This document shows, piece by piece, positions 16,510-24,561 of a stretch of DNA of 62,468 nucleotides; the first letter of the stretch is position 1, and every line of letters starts with the position of its first letter. Below the pieces are notes generated by a model. The model worked only from the letters and a program-made list of their open reading frames with translations, had not been told where the DNA came from and did not search any database. The position numbers were made by a program, and so were the translations under genes. The DNA comes from Spirochaetia bacterium (GTDB lineage: Bacteria > Spirochaetota > Spirochaetia > JABMQR01), in contig JAIPFR010000002.1 of NCBI GenBank assembly GCA_021736525.1, positions 1 to 62,468 of the forward strand. The letters run 5' to 3'.

Positions 16510-19173
16510 ATGGAAGCCGTTAAACTTGCAAAGGTATACAACCCGGCTGATTTCGAAGAAAGAATTTACCGGGAGTGGAGTGAGAATGGTTTTTTTAAGC
16601 CTCACGAGAGAAGCGATGAAAATGAGAAAAAGGATCCTTTTGTTATTGTAATACCACCCCCTAATGTAACAGGTGTTCTGCATATGGGGCATGGATTGAA
16701 TAATACCCTTCAGGATGTTCTCATTCGCTACAATCGTATGCTTGGCCGTCCCACGCTATGGGTTCCCGGTTCGGATCACGCGGGAATTGCAACGCAGCAT
16801 GTTGTTGAACGGGAACTGAGAAGCCGTGGCACCAGCCGACATGAAATTGGCAGGGAAGCTTTTATAGAAGAAACCTGGCGCGTGAAAGATCGACACCACA
16901 AGATTATAGTTGACCAGCTCAAAAAAATCGGTTCTTCGTGCGACTGGTCCCGTGAACGGTTTACTTTAGATGAAGGCCTTTCTGATGCGGTCAGGGAGGT
17001 GTTTGTAGCTCTCTATGAAAGGGGGCTGGTATATAAGGGAAACTATCTTATAAACTGGTGTACTGCCTGCGGTACTGCACTGTCGGATGATGAGGTCGAG
17101 CATCAGGAGAAGCAGGGTAAACTGCACACGATCAGGTACCCTTTTGCTGATGAGAGCGGGTATATTACGATTGCAACTACAAGACCTGAAACGATGCTCG
17201 GAGATGTTGCCGTAGCCGTGCATCCTGAAGATGATCGCTACAGAGATCTGGTTGGAAAGTGGCTCAAGCTTCCGCTTACTGACAGAAAAATACCTGTAAT
17301 AGCCGACAGTTATGTGGCGATGGATTTTGGTACAGGAATGGTCAAGATTACTCCTGCTCATGATATTAATGACTGGGAAATAGGTAAACGGCATAATCTT
17401 GAGCAGATAAATATTCTCTCACCTGAAGGAAAGCTGAATGCCCGTGTTCCTGAGAAATACCAGGGATTGGACGTGGAAACTGCACGTGCCGCAGTAATAA
17501 GTGATTTGCGCAGCGAAGGACTTCTTGAGAGTATTAAAGACCATGTTCATCAAATCGGGCATTGCTATCGCTGTAATACGGTTATTGAGCCTTACCTGTC
17601 GGATCAGTGGTTTGTACGAATGAAAGGACTGGCTGATAAAGCCCTGAAAGCACTGGAAGACGATGAAATCAGATTCTATCCGAAACGATGGGAAAATACG
17701 TACGTTCATTGGCTGACTAACATACGAGACTGGTGCATATCCCGCCAGCTCTGGTGGGGTCACCGGATACCTGTCTGGTACTGTGACGACTGCGGAGAAA
17801 TGATGGTGCTGCGTGAAGATCCTCAGACTTGCCTCAAGTGCGGAAGCACACGTATCCGACAGGATGAAGATGTGCTCGATACCTGGTTCTCTTCCTGGCT
17901 CTGGCCGTTCTCAACTCTGGGATGGCCGGATATTACTGATGATCTGCAAAAATACTTTCCAACCAATGCTCTCGTAACCGGGTATGATATTATTTTCTTC
18001 TGGGTTGCAAGAATGATTATGGCCAGTCTGGAATTCACCGGCAAGGCACCGTTCAGGGATATTTGCATTACCGGACTTGTACGGGATAAAACCGGTCGCA
18101 AGATGTCGAAATCCCTGGGTAACGGTATCGATCCGCTAGAGGTTGTCGATAATTTCGGCGCCGATGCCATGAAGTTCACCCTTTGTTTTCTTGCGGCACA
18201 AGGACACGATATTCTTCTCGATATGGAAACATTCAAACTGGGTTCACGTTTTTCCAATAAAGTATGGAATGCGGCCAGGTTTTTACTTATGAATCTTGAG
18301 GGAAGGGAACTGCTGCCGCTTGAGACCATAGAACATCAAACTATTGATCAATGGATTTATCATCGGCTGAATACTGCCGTATCGGGAGTAGAAAGCGCGA
18401 TGGATGCATATCGCTTTAACGATGCAGCACAAGTTATTTATGACTTTTTCTGGAACGATTTTTGCGATTGGTACATAGAAGCTTCCAAGTCCCTGCTTTA
18501 CAGCAATTCGCTGGAAGATCAGAATCGTGCAGTTACGCTGCTTCTTGATATACTGGCTGAGTCCATGCGACTGATGCACCCGTTTCTTTCTTTTGTAACT
18601 GAGGAAATCTATCAAAAACTTCCAAATACTGTCGGCTATGTTATTGGTGATGCCTATCCCCGTTTCCGTGAAGACCGAAAATTCCCCGAAGCTGAAGCCA
18701 AGTTTTCTCTTTTTCAGGAGGTAGTCAGAAAAGTCAGGACACTGAAAAGCGAGTTCTCCCTTCCGCCGGAAAAAAAAGTAAGGATTATGGTTAAAGCAGA
18801 TAACAATCTGGCTGAATTGCCGTATCTGATAGAACAACGAGAACTGATAGCTCGATTTGTCAATGCTTCAGAAGTTCTGTTTCATCACGAAACTCCTGTG
18901 TCCCTGACTGGCAGTGTACCGGTAGCCGGGGAGGGTTTTGAGGTTTTTGTTTTTGTAAGAGATGCCATAGATGTTCCTCAGGAGTTGGCCAAACTTAAAA
19001 AGGAACGTGAGAAAGCAGCCAGGCAGTTGGATGCTGCAGAAAAAAAGCTCGGCAACAGCAAATTTCTGGAGAGTGCTCCGCCGGCAGTCATTGAAAAAGA
19101 ACGTGGTAAAAGGGATGAATTCAGTGATCTGCTTGAGAAAATTGACCGTCATGTCGAGGAGCTGTCCCGGTAA
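16510..19173 (+). CDS. valS: valine--tRNA ligase
   Basis: ORF 16468..19173. ATG at 16510 gives MEAVKLAKVYNPADFEERIYREW. Motifs PPPNVTGVLHMGH and KMSKSLGN. C-terminal coiled coil. Confidence 0.93.
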   Translation: MEAVKLAKVYNPADFEERIYREWSENGFFKPHERSDENEKKDPFVIVIPPPNVTGVLHMGHGLNNTLQDVLIRYNRMLGRPTLWVPGSDHAGIATQHVVERELRSRGTSRHEIGREAFIEETWRVKDRHHKIIVDQLKKIGSSCDWSRERFTLDEGLSDAVREVFVALYERGLVYKGNYLINWCTACGTALSDDEVEHQEKQGKLHTIRYPFADESGYITIATTRPETMLGDVAVAVHPEDDRYRDLVGKWLKLPLTDRKIPVIADSYVAMDFGTGMVKITPAHDINDWEIGKRHNLEQINILSPEGKLNARVPEKYQGLDVETARAAVISDLRSEGLLESIKDHVHQIGHCYRCNTVIEPYLSDQWFVRMKGLADKALKALEDDEIRFYPKRWENTYVHWLTNIRDWCISRQLWWGHRIPVWYCDDCGEMMVLREDPQTCLKCGSTRIRQDEDVLDTWFSSWLWPFSTLGWPDITDDLQKYFPTNALVTGYDIIFFWVARMIMASLEFTGKAPFRDICITGLVRDKTGRKMSKSLGNGIDPLEVVDNFGADAMKFTLCFLAAQGHDILLDMETFKLGSRFSNKVWNAARFLLMNLEGRELLPLETIEHQTIDQWIYHRLNTAVSGVESAMDAYRFNDAAQVIYDFFWNDFCDWYIEASKSLLYSNSLEDQNRAVTLLLDILAESMRLMHPFLSFVTEEIYQKLPNTVGYVIGDAYPRFREDRKFPEAEAKFSLFQEVVRKVRTLKSEFSLPPEKKVRIMVKADNNLAELPYLIEQRELIARFVNASEVLFHHETPVSLTGSVPVAGEGFEVFVFVRDAIDVPQELAKLKKEREKAARQLDAAEKKLGNSKFLESAPPAVIEKERGKRDEFSDLLEKIDRHVEELSR

Positions 19174-19250
19174 AATCAGGGGAAAGCCGCTTTCGCATTT
19201 CTTGGAGCGGTCAGACCCAGCTCAGTCTCTGTAGTCCCAAAAAACTATGC

Positions 19251-19287
19251 AAAAAAAAGATCCGGTTCAGATGCCGGATCTTTTTTA
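19251..19287. terminator. bidirectional rho-independent terminator between valS (+) and the histone-like gene (-)
   Basis: AAAAAAAAGATCCGG-TTCAGATG-CCGGATCTTTTTT. GC-rich 7-9 bp stem flanked by an A-run and a T-run. Confidence 0.8.
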
Positions 19288-19300
19288 TCACTCGGTGAGA

Positions 19301-19477
19301 TTACATTGTGTTTTTCTTATCCTGAATTTCTTTCCGCCTTTCCTTGCTGAGTTTCCCCAGTTCGCCAAGTGCCTTTCTAGCTCGAGCAGCAGCTGCCTTG
19401 ACACCTTTGTCTTCGAATTTTTGATTTTCAGCTACATATGCTTCAAACTGTTCTACGATCTGATCATGTAAACTCAT
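19301..19477 (-). CDS. small histone H1-like (Hc1/HctA-like) nucleoid protein, 58 aa
   Basis: Below the ORF-track size cutoff. Manual translation gives MSLHDQIVEQFEAYVAENQKFEDKGVKAAAARARKALGELGKLSKERRKEIQDKKNTM. Strong SD AAGGGGG lies upstream. The motif KF.DKG.KAA..R.RKAL.EL resembles bacterial histone-H1-like proteins as I recall them. Confidence 0.6.
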   Translation of the reverse strand: MSLHDQIVEQFEAYVAENQKFEDKGVKAAAARARKALGELGKLSKERRKEIQDKKNTM

Positions 19478-19703
19478 CTGAGCCCCCTTAGGTTTTAGTT
19501 ATGTTAAAATAATATCATAAAATCATGATAATGCAATATAATACAGGCAATAAACGCACTTAAATGCATGTTTTTTAGCAATTCACTATTTCATGCCGCG
19601 GAATGGAAAATATGCAATAAATTTAATAATCTATAAATAAATATTAATAAAATTACGGCATTGTAAAAAAAATGTATAGACTTATTTATGTTTACATCAT
19701 TAA

Positions 19704-19732
19704 TTGACAATTTGTCAGTTTAGGTATAGCCT
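19704..19732 (+). promoter_or_regulatory. candidate sigma70-type promoter for glyA; the -35 lies inside the palindrome TGACAATTTGTCA
   Basis: TTGACA (19704-19709), 17-nt spacer, TAGCCT (19727-19732). Lies in a ~300-bp very AT-rich divergent region. Confidence 0.35.
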
Positions 19733-19780
19733 TTCAGGAAAGATTAATTCATGAAAAGAGATTACTAAGGAGGAATAAAA

Positions 19781-21292
19781 ATGGGGAAAAACAGTATTGA
19801 AACATACCTTGCGGGGACTGAACATGTCAATCCAGGGTTCCTCTCGTACATTGCTTCCCTTCAGCTGGTAGCAGAAGTATCACCGGAAACTGCATCCAGT
19901 ATAGTGCGGGAATTGGAATCCCAGAGATCATATCTTAAGCTGATCGCAAGTGAAAATTATACCAGCTTGGCAGTTCAGGCGGCTATGGGAAATCTCCTGA
20001 CTGATAAATATGCAGAGGGTTTCCCCTACCACCGGTTTTATGCCGGGTGTGACAATATAGACGCCATCGAAGCTGATGCAGTTGAGAAAGCAAAAGAACT
20101 CTTTGGAGCTGAACACGCATATGTCCAACCCCATAGCGGTGCTGATGCCAATATGGTTGCTTTCTGGGCAATACTTACCCAGAAAGTTGAAAACCCTGCG
20201 CTTGAGGAATTGGGGGAAACAAATCCCAGCAATCTTTCACGAGACGACTGGAATAAAATCAGAAAACTGCTTGGTGATCAGAAACTTCTTGGTCTCGATT
20301 ACTATTCAGGGGGACATCTGACGCATGGGTATCGCTTTAATGTTTCGGCGCAGATGTTCGATGCTTACAGCTATACCGTAGACCGTGAAACTGGAATCCT
20401 GGATTATGATGAGATTGAGAGGATGGCACTCGAGATCAGGCCTTTGATTCTCCTGGCTGGATACAGTGCATATCCCAGATTGATTAACTTCAGGCGTTTC
20501 AAGGAGATTGCCGACAAAGTCGGTGCCGTTCTCATGGTTGACATGGCCCATTTTGCCGGTCTCGTAGCCGGCAAGCTGATGGAAGGGGATTATGATCCGG
20601 TAGCTCATGCTGATGTGGTTACCACCACCACTCACAAAACATTGCGCGGCCCCAGAGGGGGGATGATTTTATGTAAGCAGGAATTTGCCGAAGCGGTCGA
20701 TAAAGGCTGTCCCATGGTATTGGGCGGACCGCTTCCCCACGCGATGGCAGCCAAAGCAGTTGCGTATACCGAAGCACTGAAGCCTGAATTCCGGCAGTAT
20801 GCTTCGAGAATAGTTGATAACTCACGTGCTCTGGCGGCCGCTTGTATTGAAGAGGGCATAACCATTGCTACAGGGGGAACAGACAATCATTTAATGCTGA
20901 TTGACGTTACACCTTTCGGCCTTAATGGAAGGCAGGCAGAAAATGCTGTGCGGGAATGCGGAATAACACTCAACAGGAATGCGCTGCCCTTTGACATCAA
21001 TGGACCATGGTATACCAGCGGCCTCAGGCTGGGTACTCCGGCTGTTACAACTCTTGGAATGGGCAGGGATGAGATGCAAACTATTGCCGGAATCCTGAAG
21101 CTGATCTTATCAAATACAAAGCCGGCAATTCTTACCAAAGGGACTAATGCCGGTAAGCCCAGCAAGGCTAAATATGTCATGGAACCGGGAGCAAAAGAAG
21201 AGGCTCAGAACCGAGTCAGCGATCTGCTCGGGAGATATCCAGTCTATCCGGAACTTGATCTTGCCTTTCTGCAGCAAGAGTTTGCCCAATAG
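19781..21292 (+). CDS. glyA: serine hydroxymethyltransferase, long form (503 aa)
   Basis: LIASENYTS, GGHLTHG and the PLP-Lys motif TTTTHKTLRGPRGG. SD AAGGAGG lies upstream. N- and C-terminal extensions and a ~35-aa insertion relative to the ~417-aa canonical form. Confidence 0.9.
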   Translation: MGKNSIETYLAGTEHVNPGFLSYIASLQLVAEVSPETASSIVRELESQRSYLKLIASENYTSLAVQAAMGNLLTDKYAEGFPYHRFYAGCDNIDAIEADAVEKAKELFGAEHAYVQPHSGADANMVAFWAILTQKVENPALEELGETNPSNLSRDDWNKIRKLLGDQKLLGLDYYSGGHLTHGYRFNVSAQMFDAYSYTVDRETGILDYDEIERMALEIRPLILLAGYSAYPRLINFRRFKEIADKVGAVLMVDMAHFAGLVAGKLMEGDYDPVAHADVVTTTTHKTLRGPRGGMILCKQEFAEAVDKGCPMVLGGPLPHAMAAKAVAYTEALKPEFRQYASRIVDNSRALAAACIEEGITIATGGTDNHLMLIDVTPFGLNGRQAENAVRECGITLNRNALPFDINGPWYTSGLRLGTPAVTTLGMGRDEMQTIAGILKLILSNTKPAILTKGTNAGKPSKAKYVMEPGAKEEAQNRVSDLLGRYPVYPELDLAFLQQEFAQ

Positions 21293-21305
21293 CAACTGTT
21301 TGACC

Positions 21306-21336
21306 AGCCCGGAAATGGATATCCTTTCCGGGCTTT
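21306..21336. terminator. hairpin between convergent glyA and the rhodanese gene
   Basis: 10-bp stem AGCCCGGAAA (21306-21315) / TTTCCGGGCT (21325-21334), 9-nt loop, short T tail. Confidence 0.55.
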
Positions 21337-21348
21337 CATGTCTATCGA

Positions 21349-21786
21349 TTACTTAACCGTGGCATATCCTTCGCGAGTCCAACCGCCAATTCCACCTTCA
21401 AGGTTGTAGATTTCTAAAAAACCGGCATCGGAAAGCATTTTTGCTGCAGTCATACTCCGATTACCTGTCCGACAATAAATAAATATCGGCAGATCATTCC
21501 ACTCACTTATCTCATTCAACCTTTGTTCAAGTTCCTGAACAGGGATGAGCATACTGGCATCAATGTGTTCAGTCTCATATTCAGCAATAGTTCTGACATC
21601 GAGAAGCAGGTGATTCGGGTTTGACTCCATCCCTGACTTGAAATCAGCAGCTTTTATCGTTCTGATAACCGTTGCCTCAGGGGCAGCAGGAGCTGAGGCT
21701 GTTTCACCGGACTTACTGCTGCATGAAGCAAATATCGTAATAAGACAGAAAACCAAAAAAATTTGTAAAATATATTTCACCAGCAA
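21349..21786 (-). CDS. rhodanese-domain sulfurtransferase, probable lipoprotein
   Basis: 145 aa. Signal peptide with lipobox-like IFASCSS. Active-site loop IYCRTGNRS. Confidence 0.8.
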   Translation of the reverse strand: MLVKYILQIFLVFCLITIFASCSSKSGETASAPAAPEATVIRTIKAADFKSGMESNPNHLLLDVRTIAEYETEHIDASMLIPVQELEQRLNEISEWNDLPIFIYCRTGNRSMTAAKMLSDAGFLEIYNLEGGIGGWTREGYATVK

Positions 21787-21942
21787 TCCTCCTTTTTGGA
21801 TTAATATACCTGTAATATTTTATTGAAGCAAATGAAAGATCCCGGAAAGGGCTTGAAAGAAATTAAAAAGACAGTATGGAGCAGAAACGTGCAGGTGAGT
21901 GAGCGGACGGGTGAGCGGGTTAGCGGGACTTATATGTTTTTA

Positions 21943-23187
21943 TCAGTGAACAGCAGGGATTTCTGACCACCTTGTAGTATAGCGGGGGGAGAGCGCCTCC
22001 TGTTTCATCATCCATTCTCCTCCAGAAACAGTTCTCCCGCTGCTTATAGCATGGGATCCGAAACGTGTCTGTATTTCCCGTACGCTTTCTGTTACTTTTC
22101 GTTTCTGTGTCTGCGTATTCAGGAAAAGATTGTGCTGAAAATGGTTTTTAGGACTCAGCCCGTAAAGACATACGCCCGCCTTGATATAATCATATCCTTT
22201 TCGGTAGATTTCTCGCAGCCCGGTCAGCGCATGACAGGTTATTTCCGGAAGGTATGCAGTCGATTCGGGAAGCTTTATTTGACGACTGTCTGCAAAGTAG
22301 GGCTGCTTATGGCGGTGTGTCCTGATGAAAACCATAACTCCGCCGGCTTCCGAATTCTGCTTGACCAGTTTTTTTACCGCGGAGGCGGCATACAGGGAAA
22401 CTGCGGTTTCCAGCGTTTCCAGATCCTGTACCGGCAGGCTGAACCCTAGAGACGAGAGAATCATTTGCTTGGGAGGAGCCGCCATTTCCGGTTCAATTGA
22501 TGGAATTCCCTTAAGTTCCCAGAGTGTCCGCAAGGTTGTCTGCGTCAGATGTTTTTTTATCCAGTATTCTGGTGTTTCTCGGAGATCGAGGGCCGTTTTT
22601 ATTCCGTGCCTGAAAAGAAAAGCTGCTTTTCGGGTCCCTATGCCCCAGATATCGAGCACATTAGTCCGGGCAAGAATGGATGATTCTTCCTGCTCATCCA
22701 GGGAAAATATGCCGTATCCTTCATACTTGGCCTTTGCCCACCGGTTGGCAATTTTTGCCAGAGTTTTGGTTCTGCCGAACCCGATAGAGACCGGGACACC
22801 GGTGCACTGCTGCACATCACAACGAATTCTATTCCCCAGTTCATGCACAGACAGATGATTATCATCCAGAAAAAGAAAAGCTTCGTCTATTGAATAGACC
22901 TCGGTCCTGAAAGCATGCTGACGGAGGATTTCCATTATCCGGTCTGATATGTCCTGGTACAATGCATAGTTAGATGAGAAGACCGCAGCTTGCACAGCAG
23001 CAAGGTCTCCCTTCACCTGAAAATATGGAACTCCGCGGCGGATGCCGTTCTTCTTGGCATTTCGGTCCATGGCGACAACGCAGCCGTCATTATTTGAGAG
23101 CACAACAATGGGACGGTCTTTGAGATCAGGCCTGAAAATGCGCTCACAAGAAGCGTAGAAACTGTTGCAGTCCACTAATCCGATCAT
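21943..23187 (-). CDS. umuC: Y-family translesion DNA polymerase (UmuC-like, Pol V catalytic subunit)
   Basis: 414 aa. MIGLVDCNSFYASCERIFRPDL, VLSNNDGCVVA and SIDEAFL. Lies immediately downstream of the umuD-like gene (7-nt gap). Confidence 0.85.
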   Translation of the reverse strand: MIGLVDCNSFYASCERIFRPDLKDRPIVVLSNNDGCVVAMDRNAKKNGIRRGVPYFQVKGDLAAVQAAVFSSNYALYQDISDRIMEILRQHAFRTEVYSIDEAFLFLDDNHLSVHELGNRIRCDVQQCTGVPVSIGFGRTKTLAKIANRWAKAKYEGYGIFSLDEQEESSILARTNVLDIWGIGTRKAAFLFRHGIKTALDLRETPEYWIKKHLTQTTLRTLWELKGIPSIEPEMAAPPKQMILSSLGFSLPVQDLETLETAVSLYAASAVKKLVKQNSEAGGVMVFIRTHRHKQPYFADSRQIKLPESTAYLPEITCHALTGLREIYRKGYDYIKAGVCLYGLSPKNHFQHNLFLNTQTQKRKVTESVREIQTRFGSHAISSGRTVSGGEWMMKQEALSPRYTTRWSEIPAVH

Positions 23188-23194
23188 CTTTTTC

Positions 23195-23623
23195 CTATCG
23201 GCGCTTGAGCTGACGCACTACCGAGGTTACGACTCCGAACATCAGGAAATCCTCTTCAGGACCTACGGCAATATCGCAGTAGGCAGGATTTTCCGGGCGA
23301 AGGAGAACTGCCCCATGGGTTCGATATATTCTTTTTACTGTAAACTCACCATTTACCGCAGCTACGGCAATATCACCGTTTGCAGGGGAAATGGACCTGT
23401 CTACTACCAAAATATCTCCTGGAAAAATCCCTGCTCCAGTCATAGAGTCACCGGTTACCTTCAGGCAGTAAGTTGCTGCTTTTCGGTGAATGAGCAGCTC
23501 GTTGAAATCCAATCCATCCTCTGCATAGTCAGCAGCAGGGGATGGGAAACCTGCCTGAACCGATGTAAGCGATAAAGGAATACGGGCGTGCTGCAATACA
23601 GATTTTATTGAAATACTAAACAT
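23195..23623 (-). CDS. umuD: S24-peptidase LexA/UmuD-like protein (Pol V accessory subunit)
   Basis: 142 aa. AGFPSPAADY...LKVTGDSMTGAGIFPGDILVVDRS carries the Ser nucleophile motif GDSM. No N-terminal DNA-binding domain, so it is UmuD-like rather than LexA. Confidence 0.82.
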   Translation of the reverse strand: MFSISIKSVLQHARIPLSLTSVQAGFPSPAADYAEDGLDFNELLIHRKAATYCLKVTGDSMTGAGIFPGDILVVDRSISPANGDIAVAAVNGEFTVKRIYRTHGAVLLRPENPAYCDIAVGPEEDFLMFGVVTSVVRQLKRR

Positions 23624-23629
23624 AAGTTA

Positions 23630-23658
23630 AGTATAAGAGAAAATGGGTATATTGTCCA
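23630..23658 (-). promoter_or_regulatory. candidate promoter for umuD, placing the TSS at or next to the ATG (leaderless)
   Basis: Minus sense: TGGACA, 17-nt spacer, TATACT, then TAACTT and ATG (23623). There is no SD between the -10 and the ATG. Confidence 0.45.
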
Positions 23659-23700
23659 GACTTTTGTTTACTGCAGAGGAAGGCAGCTGCAAACTTCGAA

Positions 23701-23738
23701 AGCCAATTTCAAAAATGCGAAGCATTTTGAAATTGGCT
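23701..23738. repeat. AT-rich palindromic element, GCGAAG-loop subtype (copy A, perfect 14-bp arms)
   Basis: AGCCAATTTCAAAA-ATGCGAAGCA-TTTTGAAATTGGCT. Lies between the SRAP stop (23756) and the umuD promoter. Confidence 0.9.
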
Positions 23739-23755
23739 CAGCTGACGGAAACTGT

Positions 23756-24502
23756 TCATATAGCCAGGAGGTCTATCCCCTCAATCCCGTAATAATACCG
23801 GTCCCGTATTTCCGGAGTATTCCGGCTGCCTTTCCGTCGGTAGAGATCGGGGGAGGACGGATGTGCTATGAGTTCTTCCGGTTCCCATGAGCGGATAAGA
23901 GCCTTGCATTCAGTTGGAGATATTTCCGGATCCATCCAGCGGCTGCGCTGGTTTTCAGGGATTATAAGCGGCATTCGGTGTTTATGGGAATGGATCCGGT
24001 CAGTCAAACCAACTGCGGGGACTGTGATAATTGAAAAGGAATTGACGGTTCTGCCGTTTTCCCGATTCTCCCAGCTGGCATAAATCCCTCCAAAAGTAAG
24101 TAGTCTCCCATCGGAACGGTGCAGATAGAAGGGATAGGATTTTCCCTCAAAATGATGGGGTTCATAAAACCCTTCGGCAATAACAAGACAAGTTTTAACT
24201 GGAAAAGAGGATCTGTAAGAGGGCAGCTGATCAACAGTTTCTCCCCTGGCATTCAAGGTTTTTGATCGGATCCCGGCAGCCTGATCCGAGTCTTTAACCC
24301 AATGAGGAATCAAGCCCCAATGGTACATCCTGATACTGTCCGGGAATTCCTTACCGATTACCGGCCAGATCGGATGATCAAATCCGGAAGCATTATACCA
24401 CTGCAGTGCATGATCGGAGAGGATAGGGTATTCAGCAAAATCTGCTCGAAATTCTTCCTGGAGCGCTTCAATCTCTTTGACTATGGACATATTAAAACAC
24501 AT
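23756..24502 (-). CDS. SOS response-associated peptidase (SRAP/YedK, DUF159)
   Basis: 248 aa. Cys at position 2 (MCFN...). YNASGFDHPIWPVI and MYHWGLIPHWVKD are typical SRAP motifs. SD AAGGAG lies upstream. Confidence 0.82.
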   Translation of the reverse strand: MCFNMSIVKEIEALQEEFRADFAEYPILSDHALQWYNASGFDHPIWPVIGKEFPDSIRMYHWGLIPHWVKDSDQAAGIRSKTLNARGETVDQLPSYRSSFPVKTCLVIAEGFYEPHHFEGKSYPFYLHRSDGRLLTFGGIYASWENRENGRTVNSFSIITVPAVGLTDRIHSHKHRMPLIIPENQRSRWMDPEISPTECKALIRSWEPEELIAHPSSPDLYRRKGSRNTPEIRDRYYYGIEGIDLLAI

Positions 24503-24561
24503 AACTCTTCTCCTTGATGCCGGGATGACATTTTACCTTTATTCGTGATACATCTTTCAGA

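Noticed and set aside
21841-21942. Repeated GTGAGCGG-like words (GTGAGTGAGCGGACGGGTGAGCGGGTTAGCGGG) between umuC and the rhodanese gene, considered as an RNA gene or repeat.
   Set aside because: The spacing is irregular. There is no stable stem, no tRNA-like features and no other copies in the window.
23624-23700. LexA/SOS box upstream of umuD.
   Set aside because: No CTGT-N8-ACAG, GAAC-N4-GTTC or TTTG-N5-CAAA pattern is present. Only short palindromes (GCAGCTGC, CTGCAG) occur, which are too generic to call.
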